From a bacterium (GTDB taxonomy: Bacteria; Electryoneota; JAOADG01): 64,000 nucleotides of DNA. The notes beneath the pieces are model-generated. The model was given only the letters and a program-made list of their open reading frames with translations, had not been told where the DNA came from and made no database searches. The stretch spans positions 2,144,001 to 2,208,000 of the forward strand of contig OY820579.1 of NCBI GenBank assembly GCA_963681965.1. The letters run 5' to 3'. Shown in pieces: positions 10,964 through 20,644 of the stretch (position 1 is its first letter; each line of letters begins with the position of its first letter). Made by a program: the position numbers and the translations under genes.

Positions 10964-11017
10964 AGAGCATCTGACTACGGATCAGAAGGTTGGGGGTTCG
11001 AATCCCTCAAGGCGCGC
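10964..11017 (+). tRNA. 3' fragment of tRNA-Arg(ACG), likely an att-site core rather than a functional tRNA
   Basis: AGAGCA-TCTGA-CTACGGA-TCAGA-AGGTT-GGGGG-TTCGAAT-CCCTC-AAGGCGCG: intact anticodon arm and T arm, but no canonical 5' acceptor/D-arm at normal spacing. Confidence 0.8.
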
Positions 11018-11105
11018 GAATTTGGTGCTTGGTACTTAGTACTTGGTTAAAGAAGGGGCGGAAGCCCTATTTTTGTTTTAGTGGCATTGAAAATATTGAT
11101 GCTCA

Positions 11106-11163
11106 CATCTGACTTAGGATAAGAGAGAAGGTTGGGGTAAGAATAATCCCTCAAGACGTACGA
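11106..11163 (+). repeat. Second, degenerate copy of the tRNA-Arg 3' fragment
   Basis: CATCTGACTTAGGATAAGAGAGAAGGTTGGGGTAAGAATAATCCCTCAAGACGTACGA aligns with 10968-11019. Confidence 0.65.
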
Positions 11164-11235
11164 CTTCCAGCGAGGTGCTAACTAAAGTGCTAACGCTGGA
11201 GCTAACGGTTATTGGATCACTCAAAGGAGTTTCCA

Positions 11236-11520
11236 ATGGCTGTTTCCCTCTTCCTCCGCAAATCCGGCATTTAGTATATGAAGATCTCCAACCTCGGTAA
11301 AATCACTTGGAAAAGCACTGGCACGAAAGACCGCAAAGCCGCGCGAGCGTGTTTGTTGCAATATTCTCGACAACACGTAACCACAATATCTTCTGTGTCA
11401 AAAAACAGCAACCGATCAGCACTGACATTGTCAGAATTTAAGAAATGCAGTGAATGTGGTGGGGCATTTGATCCAATCGAATTCTCGGAACGGAAATCGA
11501 TTGGTTGCGTGAGATATTAG
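11236..11520 (+). pseudogene. Tyrosine integrase N-terminal (arm-binding) remnant
   Basis: AAGGAG RBS, then MAVSLFLRKSGI*YMKISNLGKITWKSTGTKDRKAA...LTLSEF with in-frame TAG at 11272. No catalytic domain follows. Adjacent to the tRNA fragment. Confidence 0.6.
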
Positions 11521-12187
11521 ATGTTGTGAGAAAGCGGAAACACACTATTCCTTGGTCTTCACCTTCCCTTCCAGACAAGTGCCTTTGATATTGGCGCAGA
11601 GGATGGTTGAAGTGTCGAATTTTTCACCCTCCCGATTGGCATTCCGAAGATCTACACTCAGAAGCTTTACTCATCACAATAGTCCGCTCATAAACTGGGC
11701 ATTTTTTTCTCTTCAGACCCTCGAAGATTCCGGTCTTCGGGGGTTTGCTCGGTTCTCTTACGCCAGGCAGGTTAACGCCAACAATTTTGATTTGAGTAAA
11801 GATTTGACTGGACTCGCTGTTTCGGAGCGGTTACATTATTTTGCTGGGAGAACCGTTGGGGTTGCGCTTCTTAGTACGAGTTTTTCGTTGGGACTCGCTG
11901 ATTCGCTGTTGAACAGAGTTCGGCGGGTTAATAGGAAGTAAGAGAATAGAGAAGATTCACCTTGCCTTCTTGTCTTGTCTGTATGGTTAGGAGCTTTGAA
12001 AAACATCAGTCTAGTTGGATAGATATCACATAAAGAAACTTAAGTCGTTGTACACTTTCCTCTTTTTCCGGTATGAAAAGTAAGAGGAATCACTTTTAGG
12101 ACTCTACCGAGTTCGGTAATTTTCTTATTTTCCGTTACTCGGATGCATTCCTTTGAACATCCTTTTTCGCAACAAGATTTTATCGCA

Positions 12188-12222
12188 AAACACCCCGCTG
12201 ACTGAAATCAACGGGGTGCGTT
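12188..12222 (-). terminator. Terminator of the BACON-repeat gene
   Basis: Hairpin CACCCCGCTGA...TCAACGGGGTG with an A-tract on its left (U-tract on the minus strand). Confidence 0.55.
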
Positions 12223-12252
12223 ATTTATGAATTCATCACTTCGTAATCTCGC

Positions 12253-15200
12253 TCACCGCGCGGTTGCCTCATCGCTCACAAACGTCACCTTGTAGAAGTA
12301 TCGACCCGATACCGGTGAATCGATATAGGATCCCGGCGCACTGGGAACCGTTGTTAACAGCGTCGCTGGAAATGGTGTAAAGTAGGGCGAATCCGCGCTC
12401 CGGTAGATGCTGACTCGGGGGAATGTCGTGGCATTCCACGTTAGCTCCACCGAACCAATCGAATATGCGATCGAAACTACCGGTTTGGAAGCATCGACTG
12501 TGAAGCTCCAGACGGTGCTGTTGACACTTGCTGCGGGTGTGTGCGAAACAACATACCAGTAATAGGTACCATTGCTTAATGGGTTCGTCAACGGTAGTGA
12601 GGATGTCGTCAGATTCGCGTTCAAGCACGTTTCCGGCGGATTGCTCGTTCCGAAATACACGTCATACAGTGGATGACTGGCGTCCCCTACCCACGACAGT
12701 GTTGGTATTGAATTGAGAATCGTTTGACTATTCTGCGGTACCGGTGCCGTGGCCGCCGTTAGTGCACTTATTGTCACTTCCGGACCGACGAGAGTATCCG
12801 ATGCAATCACTAGTCCACCCGATCCATACACGACAAAACTCGTGTTGTGATCGCCTACCGATGCAATCGAGGCCGTTGCGGAAAAATGCAATGTACCGGG
12901 AATAGCGCCACTCACCGAATAGATCGGACACAATCGCGCATGATCCAACAAGATGATTGCGGAATCAACGGTAGTTACCGAAGAAGTGAAATCGAATTCG
13001 AAAGTGAAATTCGATCCCGCCGGTGCTGATGACGGGCTGACGGTGCCATTCGCGATCGACCCCGCCGATATCGTTCCAGTGATCAGGATCGTATCCACCG
13101 GATTGGACGCATTTGTGTGAATGATCACCGTTCCGGTAAAATCGCCAGCGTGGTTGGGTGTCCAGACGATTGGTAGTGCAATCGAGTCGCCCACGGGAAC
13201 CGATGGATAGGGCATTGTCCATGTGGTGGACAAACTGGTACTCATCGTGAGGTCGGAAATCTCCAGTGTCGAATAACCGTTGTTCCGAACGATGACATTG
13301 GCGGTGTCGGAGAGATTTGTGCCGATATCGCCGAAGTTCAGGGTTGTCGGCGAAATCACACTCTGTGCCGGAGCACCGACCTGCGAGACTTTTATCCAAG
13401 CAGGACTGCCGACAGCTAGATAACAGAATATCTGGAAACTGTCGCAACGAGCAAGTCCGGTGTTGGCAGTAGCTGTAACTGTGACCGATCCCGACTCATT
13501 TCCGTAAAGTGGGTTCACTGTGATCCAACTTGGTAAGTAAAGGGCATTCCAGGAAGCTGGAGCGCGAGGCCCGGAAATAGTGATATTCGCAACTTGCGAT
13601 CCGCCAGCATTGCTGAATTGCGTCATTGTAGTAGGGGAAACATTCAGTGCAAGACCACCGTTTTGCTTGACTACTACCCATAGTGGACTTCCGATTGTGG
13701 CGCTATCGCAGAACACCTGAAAACTATCGACACGCGCAACACCACCATTCGGCATCGAAGTGATTCGCAATGTTTGAGTGCCGATACCGGATGTAGGTGT
13801 GATCGTCACCCATGATGGGAGTACCCCTAATCTCCATTCAACGGCAGGATTTCTTCCACTAATTATAATCGAAAAATCCCGTGACATACCCATAAAGACA
13901 TTATTCATCGATTTCGGTGAAGCGGAAAGCGAGATCGGTCCACCCTCCTGTGACACGTGAATCCACGCCGGACTTCCAGTCGCTCCACTGGACGCCACCT
14001 GGAAACTGTCGCTCCGCGCTAAGCCCGTATTGGCGGCAGCAGTGACGGTTAGCATACTGGAACCGGCAAACGTGGTCGGGTTCAGGGTAATCCAGCTCGG
14101 AACGTTACTCGTCGTCCAAGTCGCCGATGGAGTGCCACCACCAATCGTGACATTCACATTCTGTGAACCGCCGGAATAAGCAAATTGCTCTAACGTGGTC
14201 GGTGAGACAGCGAAGGTGGTGGGGATCGGTGCTTGACTGACTTTTACCCAAACCGGACTGCCCGTTGCACCACTGCAGATTACTTGGAAGCTGTCAGCGC
14301 GTGCGAACCCCCGGTTGGTATCGGCGGTAACGGTAATCATACTGGAGCCAGCGAAAGATGGGGAGGACACTGTGATCCAACTCGGGACATTGCTAGTTAT
14401 CCAAGTCGCTAATGGATTGCCACCTCCCACCGACACAGTCACCTCTTGCGATCCACCTACGATGGGATATTGTGAAAGTGTTGTGGGAGTTACTGCGAAA
14501 GTGGTTGCACCTTCGGCTTGACTCACAAGAATCCAAACCGGACTACCCGTCGCACCAGTGCAGGATACTTGGAAGCTATCGGCCCGCGCTATGCCAAGAT
14601 TGGCAGCAGCGGTTACAATGATGTTGTAGGATCCGGTCGACGTAGTCAGATTCAAACTTATCCAACTGGGTACATTGCTGGTTGTCCATTCAGCAAGTGG
14701 ATTGCCACCTCCAATGTTCACCGTCAAAATTAACGATCCGCCGGAATTGCCGAATTGTGGCATTATCGCAGGTTCAACTGCAAGTATTGTAGCACCCTGA
14801 TGCTGATCGACTTTCACCCAAACCGGACTACCGGTTGCACCGTCACAAGCAATCTGGAAACTATCCGCACGCGCGATACCGCTGTTTTCAGCAGCAGTAA
14901 CGGAAATATTGCTTGAACCGGAAAAGCTCGTCGGATCCAATGTAATCCAGCTCGGAACATAACTGGATGTCCAAGTTGCCGTTGGATCTCCACCACCTAC
15001 CGACACTGTAATATCTTGTGAACCACCGGCACAAGTGAATTGTGCTAATGTGGTCGGGGAAACTGAGAAAGTGGTAGCGCCAGCGGCTTGAGTAACTCTC
15101 ACCCATATCGGACTGCTGGATAGATCATTGCAAATCATCTGGAAACTATCGGCACGGGCTACTGACAGATTGACCGCTGCGGTAACGGTTACATCACTGG

Positions 15201-18200
15201 AACCCACAAAAGTATCGGGGGTCAAGGTAATCCAGTCCGGAACATTATTCGATGTCCACATCGCCGATGGATTGCCACCGCCCACGGACACAGCAAGATT
15301 TTGCGAACCGCCAGCATTGGAGTACTGCACCAAGGTGGTAGGAGTAACCGCGAAGGTAGTAGCGCCTGCGGCTTGACTCACCTTGACCCAAACGGGACTT
15401 CCGGTGGCACCACTGGAGGCGACTTGGAAGCTATCGGCTCGAGCTATGCCTGAGTTGGCAGCAGCAGTTATCGATATTGTTCTGGATCCGTCAAAAGTCG
15501 TGGGTGTAAGTGTGATCCAACCGGGAAGATTACTGGTTGTCCACGTTGTCGACGGAATGCCGCCACCGATCGTGACCGTGACATTCTGCGAACCACCCTC
15601 ATTGGTAAATTGTGACACCGTTGTTGGAGTAACGGAGAGTGTGGCGGGGATCGGTGCTTGACTCACTTTGATCCACACCGGACTACCAGTCGCCCCACTG
15701 GAAGCCACTTGGAAGCTATCGGCTCGAGCTATTCCTGTGTTGGCCATAGCGGTAACAGATATACTGCTGGAACCCGCAAGCGTCGACGGGTTGAGGGTTA
15801 TCCAGCTTGGCACATTACTGGTCGTCCAAGTTGCAGATGGATTGCCACCACCGATCGAGACGGTGACATTCTGCGTTCCACCAGCAGTTGCAAATTGCGA
15901 GAGCGTGGTTGGCGATACCGAGAGTATCGCTGGACCGGCAGCTTGGCTCACCTTGATCCAAGTTGGACTCCCGGTTGCACCACTGGAGGCAACCTGAAAA
16001 CTATCGGATCGCGCTAACCCGGTATTGGCAGCAGCCGAAACCGTAAAGCTTCTGGAACCGGAAAACGTTGTTGGGTTTAATGTGATCCAACTCGGAACAT
16101 TGCTGGTAGTACAATTCGCATTAGGATTACCGCCACCCAAGGTCACCGCTACATCCTGCGAACCACCCGTATTGCTGAATTGAGACAATGTAGTGGGAGC
16201 CGCCGCGAAGGTGGTGAGACCGGGGTCTTGACTGACTTTAACCCATTTTGGACTGTTAGTGGCGTTACTACAGGTAATCAGGAAACTATCGAGATTTGCT
16301 ACGGAAAGATTGGCTCCAACAGTAACTGAAACGCTACCGGAACCATTAAAAGTGGTGGGGGTAACGTTGATCCACGCTGGAATATTCGTCACACTCCAAC
16401 TCGAAGTAGGACGACCACCGGTGACCGAAACCGCTAGCGTATGTGAACCGCCATCTCGAGTAAATTGCGGTAGCGTGGCAGGAGTGACCGACAGATTGGT
16501 TGGACCTTCCTCTTGAGAGAGTATAACCCAAACCGGATTATTGATCGCATATCTTGAAACTACTAGAAGACTATCGGTACGAGCAGGACCGGTATTAATC
16601 GTAGCTTCCAATCGATAACTATAATTCGGTCTGAGATAATCCTGTTGCATCACTCTAATCCAACTCGGTAAATGCGAGATAGAAGCGGTTGGATTGGGAT
16701 TCTCGGTATCCAGATAAACGTTAAGCCACCGACTGCTTTGCAAATACGGAAAAGTTGATAAGGATCCCGATGTTAATATTGTGGTTCTATAACAACGTTG
16801 CGAGATTTTTACCCACAGTGGACTTCCGACCGCACCATTGCAAACGAGTTGGAGGCTGTCGGTGCGAGTAGAATCCGTATTTTCGTTGACTGTGATTCTA
16901 ATCTGCTGGGGATTAGAGCCCGCAATTCCTTCATAACTTACCCAAGACGGATATGAAGCGATATATGAGGGTAACCAGGGATAAGCCCCAGTTACATTAA
17001 TTGTAAAGATTTGAGAATTTTGAGTCGGTCCAAACTCTGGCATCGGATTCGGCGATACCGAAATAAAGGTTGCAGTCTGTTGCGACACTTTTACCCAGAA
17101 GGGGCTACCATACGCTCCCGTACAGGCTACTTGAAAACTATCGGAGCGAGTAATTCCAGTATTGGTTGGGGTTGTAACGGTGATTGAGCTGGACCCGGAA
17201 AATGTCATTGGACTGACAGTAATCCAACTCGGAACACTACCGATTGTCCAAGTTGCCGACGGATTAATGCCTCCAATCGATACATTCGCAGTTTGCGAAC
17301 CACCAGAGTTGGCGAACTGTGCAATCGTACTTGGAGATACTGCAAGCGTAATTGTTCCAATGGACTGTGAGATTTTAATCCAAGCAGGACTGCCGGTCGC
17401 ACCACTACAAGTCACCAGAAAACTATCCGTCCGTGCGAGTCCGGTATTGGTAGCGGCAGTAACCGCGACGGTTCGAGTACCTGCATACGTGGTTGGATTC
17501 AACGTAATCCAACTGGGGACACTACTAGTGGTCCAGGTAGCAGACGGATTTCCGCCACCGATCGAGACCGTCAGATTTTGCGAACCACCGGCATTGGTAT
17601 ACTGCGCAATCGTTGTCGGCGATACCGCGAACGTGGTTACGCCAGCTGCTTGACTCACTTTGATCCAGGCGGGACTGCCAGTCGCCCCGGTGCAAGCTAC
17701 TTGAAAACTATCCACTCGCGCGGGTCCGGTGTTGGCAGAAGCAGTAACCGCGACCGTTCGAGTACCGGCATACGTGGTTGGGTTCAATGAAATCCAACTG
17801 GGAATATTGCTGGTAGTCCATGTCGCAGATGGATTTCCACCACCGATCGTTATCGTAACATTTTGTGCACTGCCAGCATTACTGTATTGTGGTACTGTTG
17901 TGGGCGATACACTGAGTGTGATTGGACCGGCGGCTTGGTTGACTTTTACCCATGCCGGGTTTCCAATTGCGCCTGCGCAGATTACCTGAAAGCTGTCCGA
18001 ACGGGCAACTCCGGTGTTTGCGGATGCCGTGACCGCGACGATTCGAGTACCGGCAAACGTGGTGGGATTTAGCGAAATCCAACTGGGAATACTACTGGTG
18101 GTCCAGGTCGCGGAAGGATTTCCGCCACCGACCGTTACCGTTTCATATTGTGTACTGCCGGCATTACTGAATTGTGACATAGTTGACGGCGACGCCATAA

Positions 18201-20280
18201 TAGTGATCGGAGCGGCGGCTTGGCTGACTTTTACCCATGCCGGACTTCCAGTTGCTCCCGAGCAGGTTACTTGAAAACTATCCGCTCGCGCGGGTCCGGA
18301 ATTGGCGGATGCCGTAACCGAGACGATTCGAGTACCGGCATACGTGGTTGGATTCAACGTAATCCAACTGGGAACATTACTAGTCGTCCACGTCGCGGAC
18401 GGATTTCCGCCACCAATCGTGATTGTGACATTTTGAGCACTACCAGCATTACTGTACTGAGGTATTGTTGTCGGCGAAACGCTAAAAGTGATTGGACCGG
18501 CGACTTGGCTGACTTTCACCCAAACCGGGCTACCAGTAGCACCGGTGCAACTTACCTGAAAACTGTCCGATCGTGCGATACCGGTATTCGTAGCAGCAAT
18601 CACAGACAGCGTTGTCGTCCCGGCACCAGATTGTGGTAACAGTGTGATCCATGCCGGAATTGAACTCGCGGTCCAGTTGGCAGTGGGATTACCGCCGCCA
18701 ATATTAATCGTCGTCGAAAGCGTATCGCAGAGATAGGGAAATTGCGCGATCGGATTAGTCGAAACCGAAAATGTGATCGGACCTGCAGCTTGACTGACTT
18801 TTACCCATTGAAACGTAGTAGGTGTAGAGATCAAGTAAACTTGAAAGCTATCGGAACGGGCAATGCCGCTGTTTGCGGCGGCAGTAGCGGCGACAGTTCG
18901 GGTACCTGCCCCATTCACTCGATTCAATGATATCCAGGATGGTATCCCGTAAATCGACCATTGATCCATGGGAGTACCGCCGCCGATAGTAACCGTGAAA
19001 TCCTGAGAGCTGCCTGTAGCGGGATACTGCGCGATTGGATTGGGAGCGACCGCAAGTGTCGTAGGTCGCAGTTTGGAACCGATATCGTAGTTACTGAATC
19101 CAGAAGCGAAGTAGCCATTGTCGTTGAATGCCGCTTTTACCCAATAGTAATAATTGGTTCCCGCAATTGCCGTGGAATCGTTGTAAGACGCGGTTGAATT
19201 CCAAGTCCCCAATGCAGTTGCTGTGGCAGAATTGTTAATCGTATTTCGGTACACTCGGAAAAAAGTCGTGAGTGGATATTCATGCCACGTGATATGAACG
19301 CAATTCACGTCGGTGCTGTCGCTCGCCAATACAGCGGTAGGAGTCATGATTGAAGACGATCCGGAGACGTTGAGCGTGGGTGAATTACCGCCATTTGCAG
19401 TGAATGTTCCTGAACTGGTAGATGGGAGATTGCTATAGTAGCGAATCGTTATCGTTTGACTACCACCAGGAATTAGACTAAACGGTGAGGTCGGAGATTG
19501 AATCGAGAAATCGCCAGAGACTGCCGGTGTGATTGAAACGGTTCCGGTATCGGTTCCGTTGTTGGATAAAGTAACGGTTCGATTACTACCAAAACCCACA
19601 AAGATATTACCGAAATCTAATGTCGAAGTACTCCATTGATAGTTTGGCACACCGATCGTTTGAAAACTCCAGATGGTGTCTCCCAAAGAAGTACCAGCCG
19701 AATTGATCGCCTGAACCTTCCAGTAATACGTCGTATAATTTGTCATTGTACCGGGATTATACGTTTGTGCAGTTTGGCTAGCCGAAACCTGTGGCGGTGG
19801 ATTGGCCGTACCAAAATAGACGCGATACGATGTGGCATTTCGCGGTGCACTCCAGTTCAATATGCTATTGGTAGCGACTTCGAGCTCACCATTGACCGGA
19901 TCGGTCGGCTGCGGATCGTCCGGTGCAACCAGGATCGTTCGAAAATTCCAGATGTTAGCGCCCGGAGATACACCCGTACTGCCACGGGCAACGACTTTCC
20001 AATAGTAGGTTTGGTAACTGTCAAGGGTACCCGGATCGTAAGTACGAGTCGATTGATTCGATGAAACCAATGTCGTAGGATTGCTGACGGTACCGAAATA
20101 AACATCGTACCCCGTTGCACCAATCACCGAATTCCAACTTAACGTCTGCGTCAAAGGTCGATCGACAGTGCCACTGTTTGGCGATGGATTGGACGGATCG
20201 GCTGGAACTGCAAAGGCTGGAACTGCAATGACTGCAATCAATACCATGAGCAAAAAAGCACGAAGTAGTGGTAAGTACAT
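12253..20280 (-). CDS. Giant secreted surface protein (2675 aa): FN3-like domains, ASH/choice-of-anchor-D Ig domains, about 20 BACON-like repeats, non-type-A C-terminal domain
   Basis: Signal peptide. About 95-aa repeats with W.TSNVPSWITL.P...A..N.G.AR.DSF.V...W.KVSQ (20 counted by eye). LDFG-containing ASH-like domains. Confidence 0.88.
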   Translation of the reverse strand: MYLPLLRAFLLMVLIAVIAVPAFAVPADPSNPSPNSGTVDRPLTQTLSWNSVIGATGYDVYFGTVSNPTTLVSSNQSTRTYDPGTLDSYQTYYWKVVARGSTGVSPGANIWNFRTILVAPDDPQPTDPVNGELEVATNSILNWSAPRNATSYRVYFGTANPPPQVSASQTAQTYNPGTMTNYTTYYWKVQAINSAGTSLGDTIWSFQTIGVPNYQWSTSTLDFGNIFVGFGSNRTVTLSNNGTDTGTVSITPAVSGDFSIQSPTSPFSLIPGGSQTITIRYYSNLPSTSSGTFTANGGNSPTLNVSGSSSIMTPTAVLASDSTDVNCVHITWHEYPLTTFFRVYRNTINNSATATALGTWNSTASYNDSTAIAGTNYYYWVKAAFNDNGYFASGFSNYDIGSKLRPTTLAVAPNPIAQYPATGSSQDFTVTIGGGTPMDQWSIYGIPSWISLNRVNGAGTRTVAATAAANSGIARSDSFQVYLISTPTTFQWVKVSQAAGPITFSVSTNPIAQFPYLCDTLSTTINIGGGNPTANWTASSIPAWITLLPQSGAGTTTLSVIAATNTGIARSDSFQVSCTGATGSPVWVKVSQVAGPITFSVSPTTIPQYSNAGSAQNVTITIGGGNPSATWTTSNVPSWITLNPTTYAGTRIVSVTASANSGPARADSFQVTCSGATGSPAWVKVSQAAAPITIMASPSTMSQFSNAGSTQYETVTVGGGNPSATWTTSSIPSWISLNPTTFAGTRIVAVTASANTGVARSDSFQVICAGAIGNPAWVKVNQAAGPITLSVSPTTVPQYSNAGSAQNVTITIGGGNPSATWTTSNIPSWISLNPTTYAGTRTVAVTASANTGPARVDSFQVACTGATGSPAWIKVSQAAGVTTFAVSPTTIAQYTNAGGSQNLTVSIGGGNPSATWTTSSVPSWITLNPTTYAGTRTVAVTAATNTGLARTDSFLVTCSGATGSPAWIKISQSIGTITLAVSPSTIAQFANSGGSQTANVSIGGINPSATWTIGSVPSWITVSPMTFSGSSSITVTTPTNTGITRSDSFQVACTGAYGSPFWVKVSQQTATFISVSPNPMPEFGPTQNSQIFTINVTGAYPWLPSYIASYPSWVSYEGIAGSNPQQIRITVNENTDSTRTDSLQLVCNGAVGSPLWVKISQRCYRTTILTSGSLSTFPYLQSSRWLNVYLDTENPNPTASISHLPSWIRVMQQDYLRPNYSYRLEATINTGPARTDSLLVVSRYAINNPVWVILSQEEGPTNLSVTPATLPQFTRDGGSHTLAVSVTGGRPTSSWSVTNIPAWINVTPTTFNGSGSVSVTVGANLSVANLDSFLITCSNATNSPKWVKVSQDPGLTTFAAAPTTLSQFSNTGGSQDVAVTLGGGNPNANCTTSNVPSWITLNPTTFSGSRSFTVSAAANTGLARSDSFQVASSGATGSPTWIKVSQAAGPAILSVSPTTLSQFATAGGTQNVTVSIGGGNPSATWTTSNVPSWITLNPSTLAGSSSISVTAMANTGIARADSFQVASSGATGSPVWIKVSQAPIPATLSVTPTTVSQFTNEGGSQNVTVTIGGGIPSTTWTTSNLPGWITLTPTTFDGSRTISITAAANSGIARADSFQVASSGATGSPVWVKVSQAAGATTFAVTPTTLVQYSNAGGSQNLAVSVGGGNPSAMWTSNNVPDWITLTPDTFVGSSDVTVTAAVNLSVARADSFQMICNDLSSSPIWVRVTQAAGATTFSVSPTTLAQFTCAGGSQDITVSVGGGDPTATWTSSYVPSWITLDPTSFSGSSNISVTAAENSGIARADSFQIACDGATGSPVWVKVDQHQGATILAVEPAIMPQFGNSGGSLILTVNIGGGNPLAEWTTSNVPSWISLNLTTSTGSYNIIVTAAANLGIARADSFQVSCTGATGSPVWILVSQAEGATTFAVTPTTLSQYPIVGGSQEVTVSVGGGNPLATWITSNVPSWITVSSPSFAGSSMITVTADTNRGFARADSFQVICSGATGSPVWVKVSQAPIPTTFAVSPTTLEQFAYSGGSQNVNVTIGGGTPSATWTTSNVPSWITLNPTTFAGSSMLTVTAAANTGLARSDSFQVASSGATGSPAWIHVSQEGGPISLSASPKSMNNVFMGMSRDFSIIISGRNPAVEWRLGVLPSWVTITPTSGIGTQTLRITSMPNGGVARVDSFQVFCDSATIGSPLWVVVKQNGGLALNVSPTTMTQFSNAGGSQVANITISGPRAPASWNALYLPSWITVNPLYGNESGSVTVTATANTGLARCDSFQIFCYLAVGSPAWIKVSQVGAPAQSVISPTTLNFGDIGTNLSDTANVIVRNNGYSTLEISDLTMSTSLSTTWTMPYPSVPVGDSIALPIVWTPNHAGDFTGTVIIHTNASNPVDTILITGTISAGSIANGTVSPSSAPAGSNFTFEFDFTSSVTTVDSAIILLDHARLCPIYSVSGAIPGTLHFSATASIASVGDHNTSFVVYGSGGLVIASDTLVGPEVTISALTAATAPVPQNSQTILNSIPTLSWVGDASHPLYDVYFGTSNPPETCLNANLTTSSLPLTNPLSNGTYYWYVVSHTPAASVNSTVWSFTVDASKPVVSIAYSIGSVELTWNATTFPRVSIYRSADSPYFTPFPATLLTTVPSAPGSYIDSPVSGRYFYKVTFVSDEATAR

Positions 20281-20644
20281 AATAATCTCCCGGATACGTA
20301 GTAACGGCGATTAAACCAGATTGATTTTTGGATTTCTTTAATCGTGGTAAATGTAAGTATTGATCGGAAGGCGGGAAATGATTAAATGCCTCATAATTTG
20401 GATAATTCATCGATAAACGGTGAACAAAATAAATTGTATTGTAGATCGTATAAATATTGTATCAAAGTAATACTGTTTCGATACTTATATCTATATATAT
20501 TATAAGAGTTTATAATCATTCAAGGTTGCTTTGAGCTATGGGCTCAGCAATATTTTAAACCGGCAAGCCTTGCTATACAAGGGTTATAAGTGATTCACCC
20601 AGCGGAAGCCTTGCTATTCCTATCTTTCGGGTTGTTATCCTAAA

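Noticed and set aside
10926-11017. Complete tRNA-Arg with an enlarged D-arm (GCGCTTT at 10926 could pair with AAGGCGC, and CTCTG with CAGAG)
   Set aside because: The 5' part is about 17 nt too long and lacks the conserved U8/A14/GG D-loop features. Arm repeats, a second decayed copy and an integrase stub fit an att site better.
11552-11941. 129-aa plus-strand ORF as a real gene
   Set aside because: No RBS or recognisable motif. The opposite strand shows decayed pentapeptide-like sequence instead.
13380-19070. CRISPR-like or DGR template/variable repeats
   Set aside because: The repeats are in-frame protein domains. No reverse transcriptase is present and no adenine-specific mismatch pattern was evident.
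14315-20123. Numerous antisense or alternate-frame ORFs within the giant genes
   Set aside because: Shadow ORFs expected from repetitive Thr/Ser/Gly-rich coding sequence, with no independent signals.
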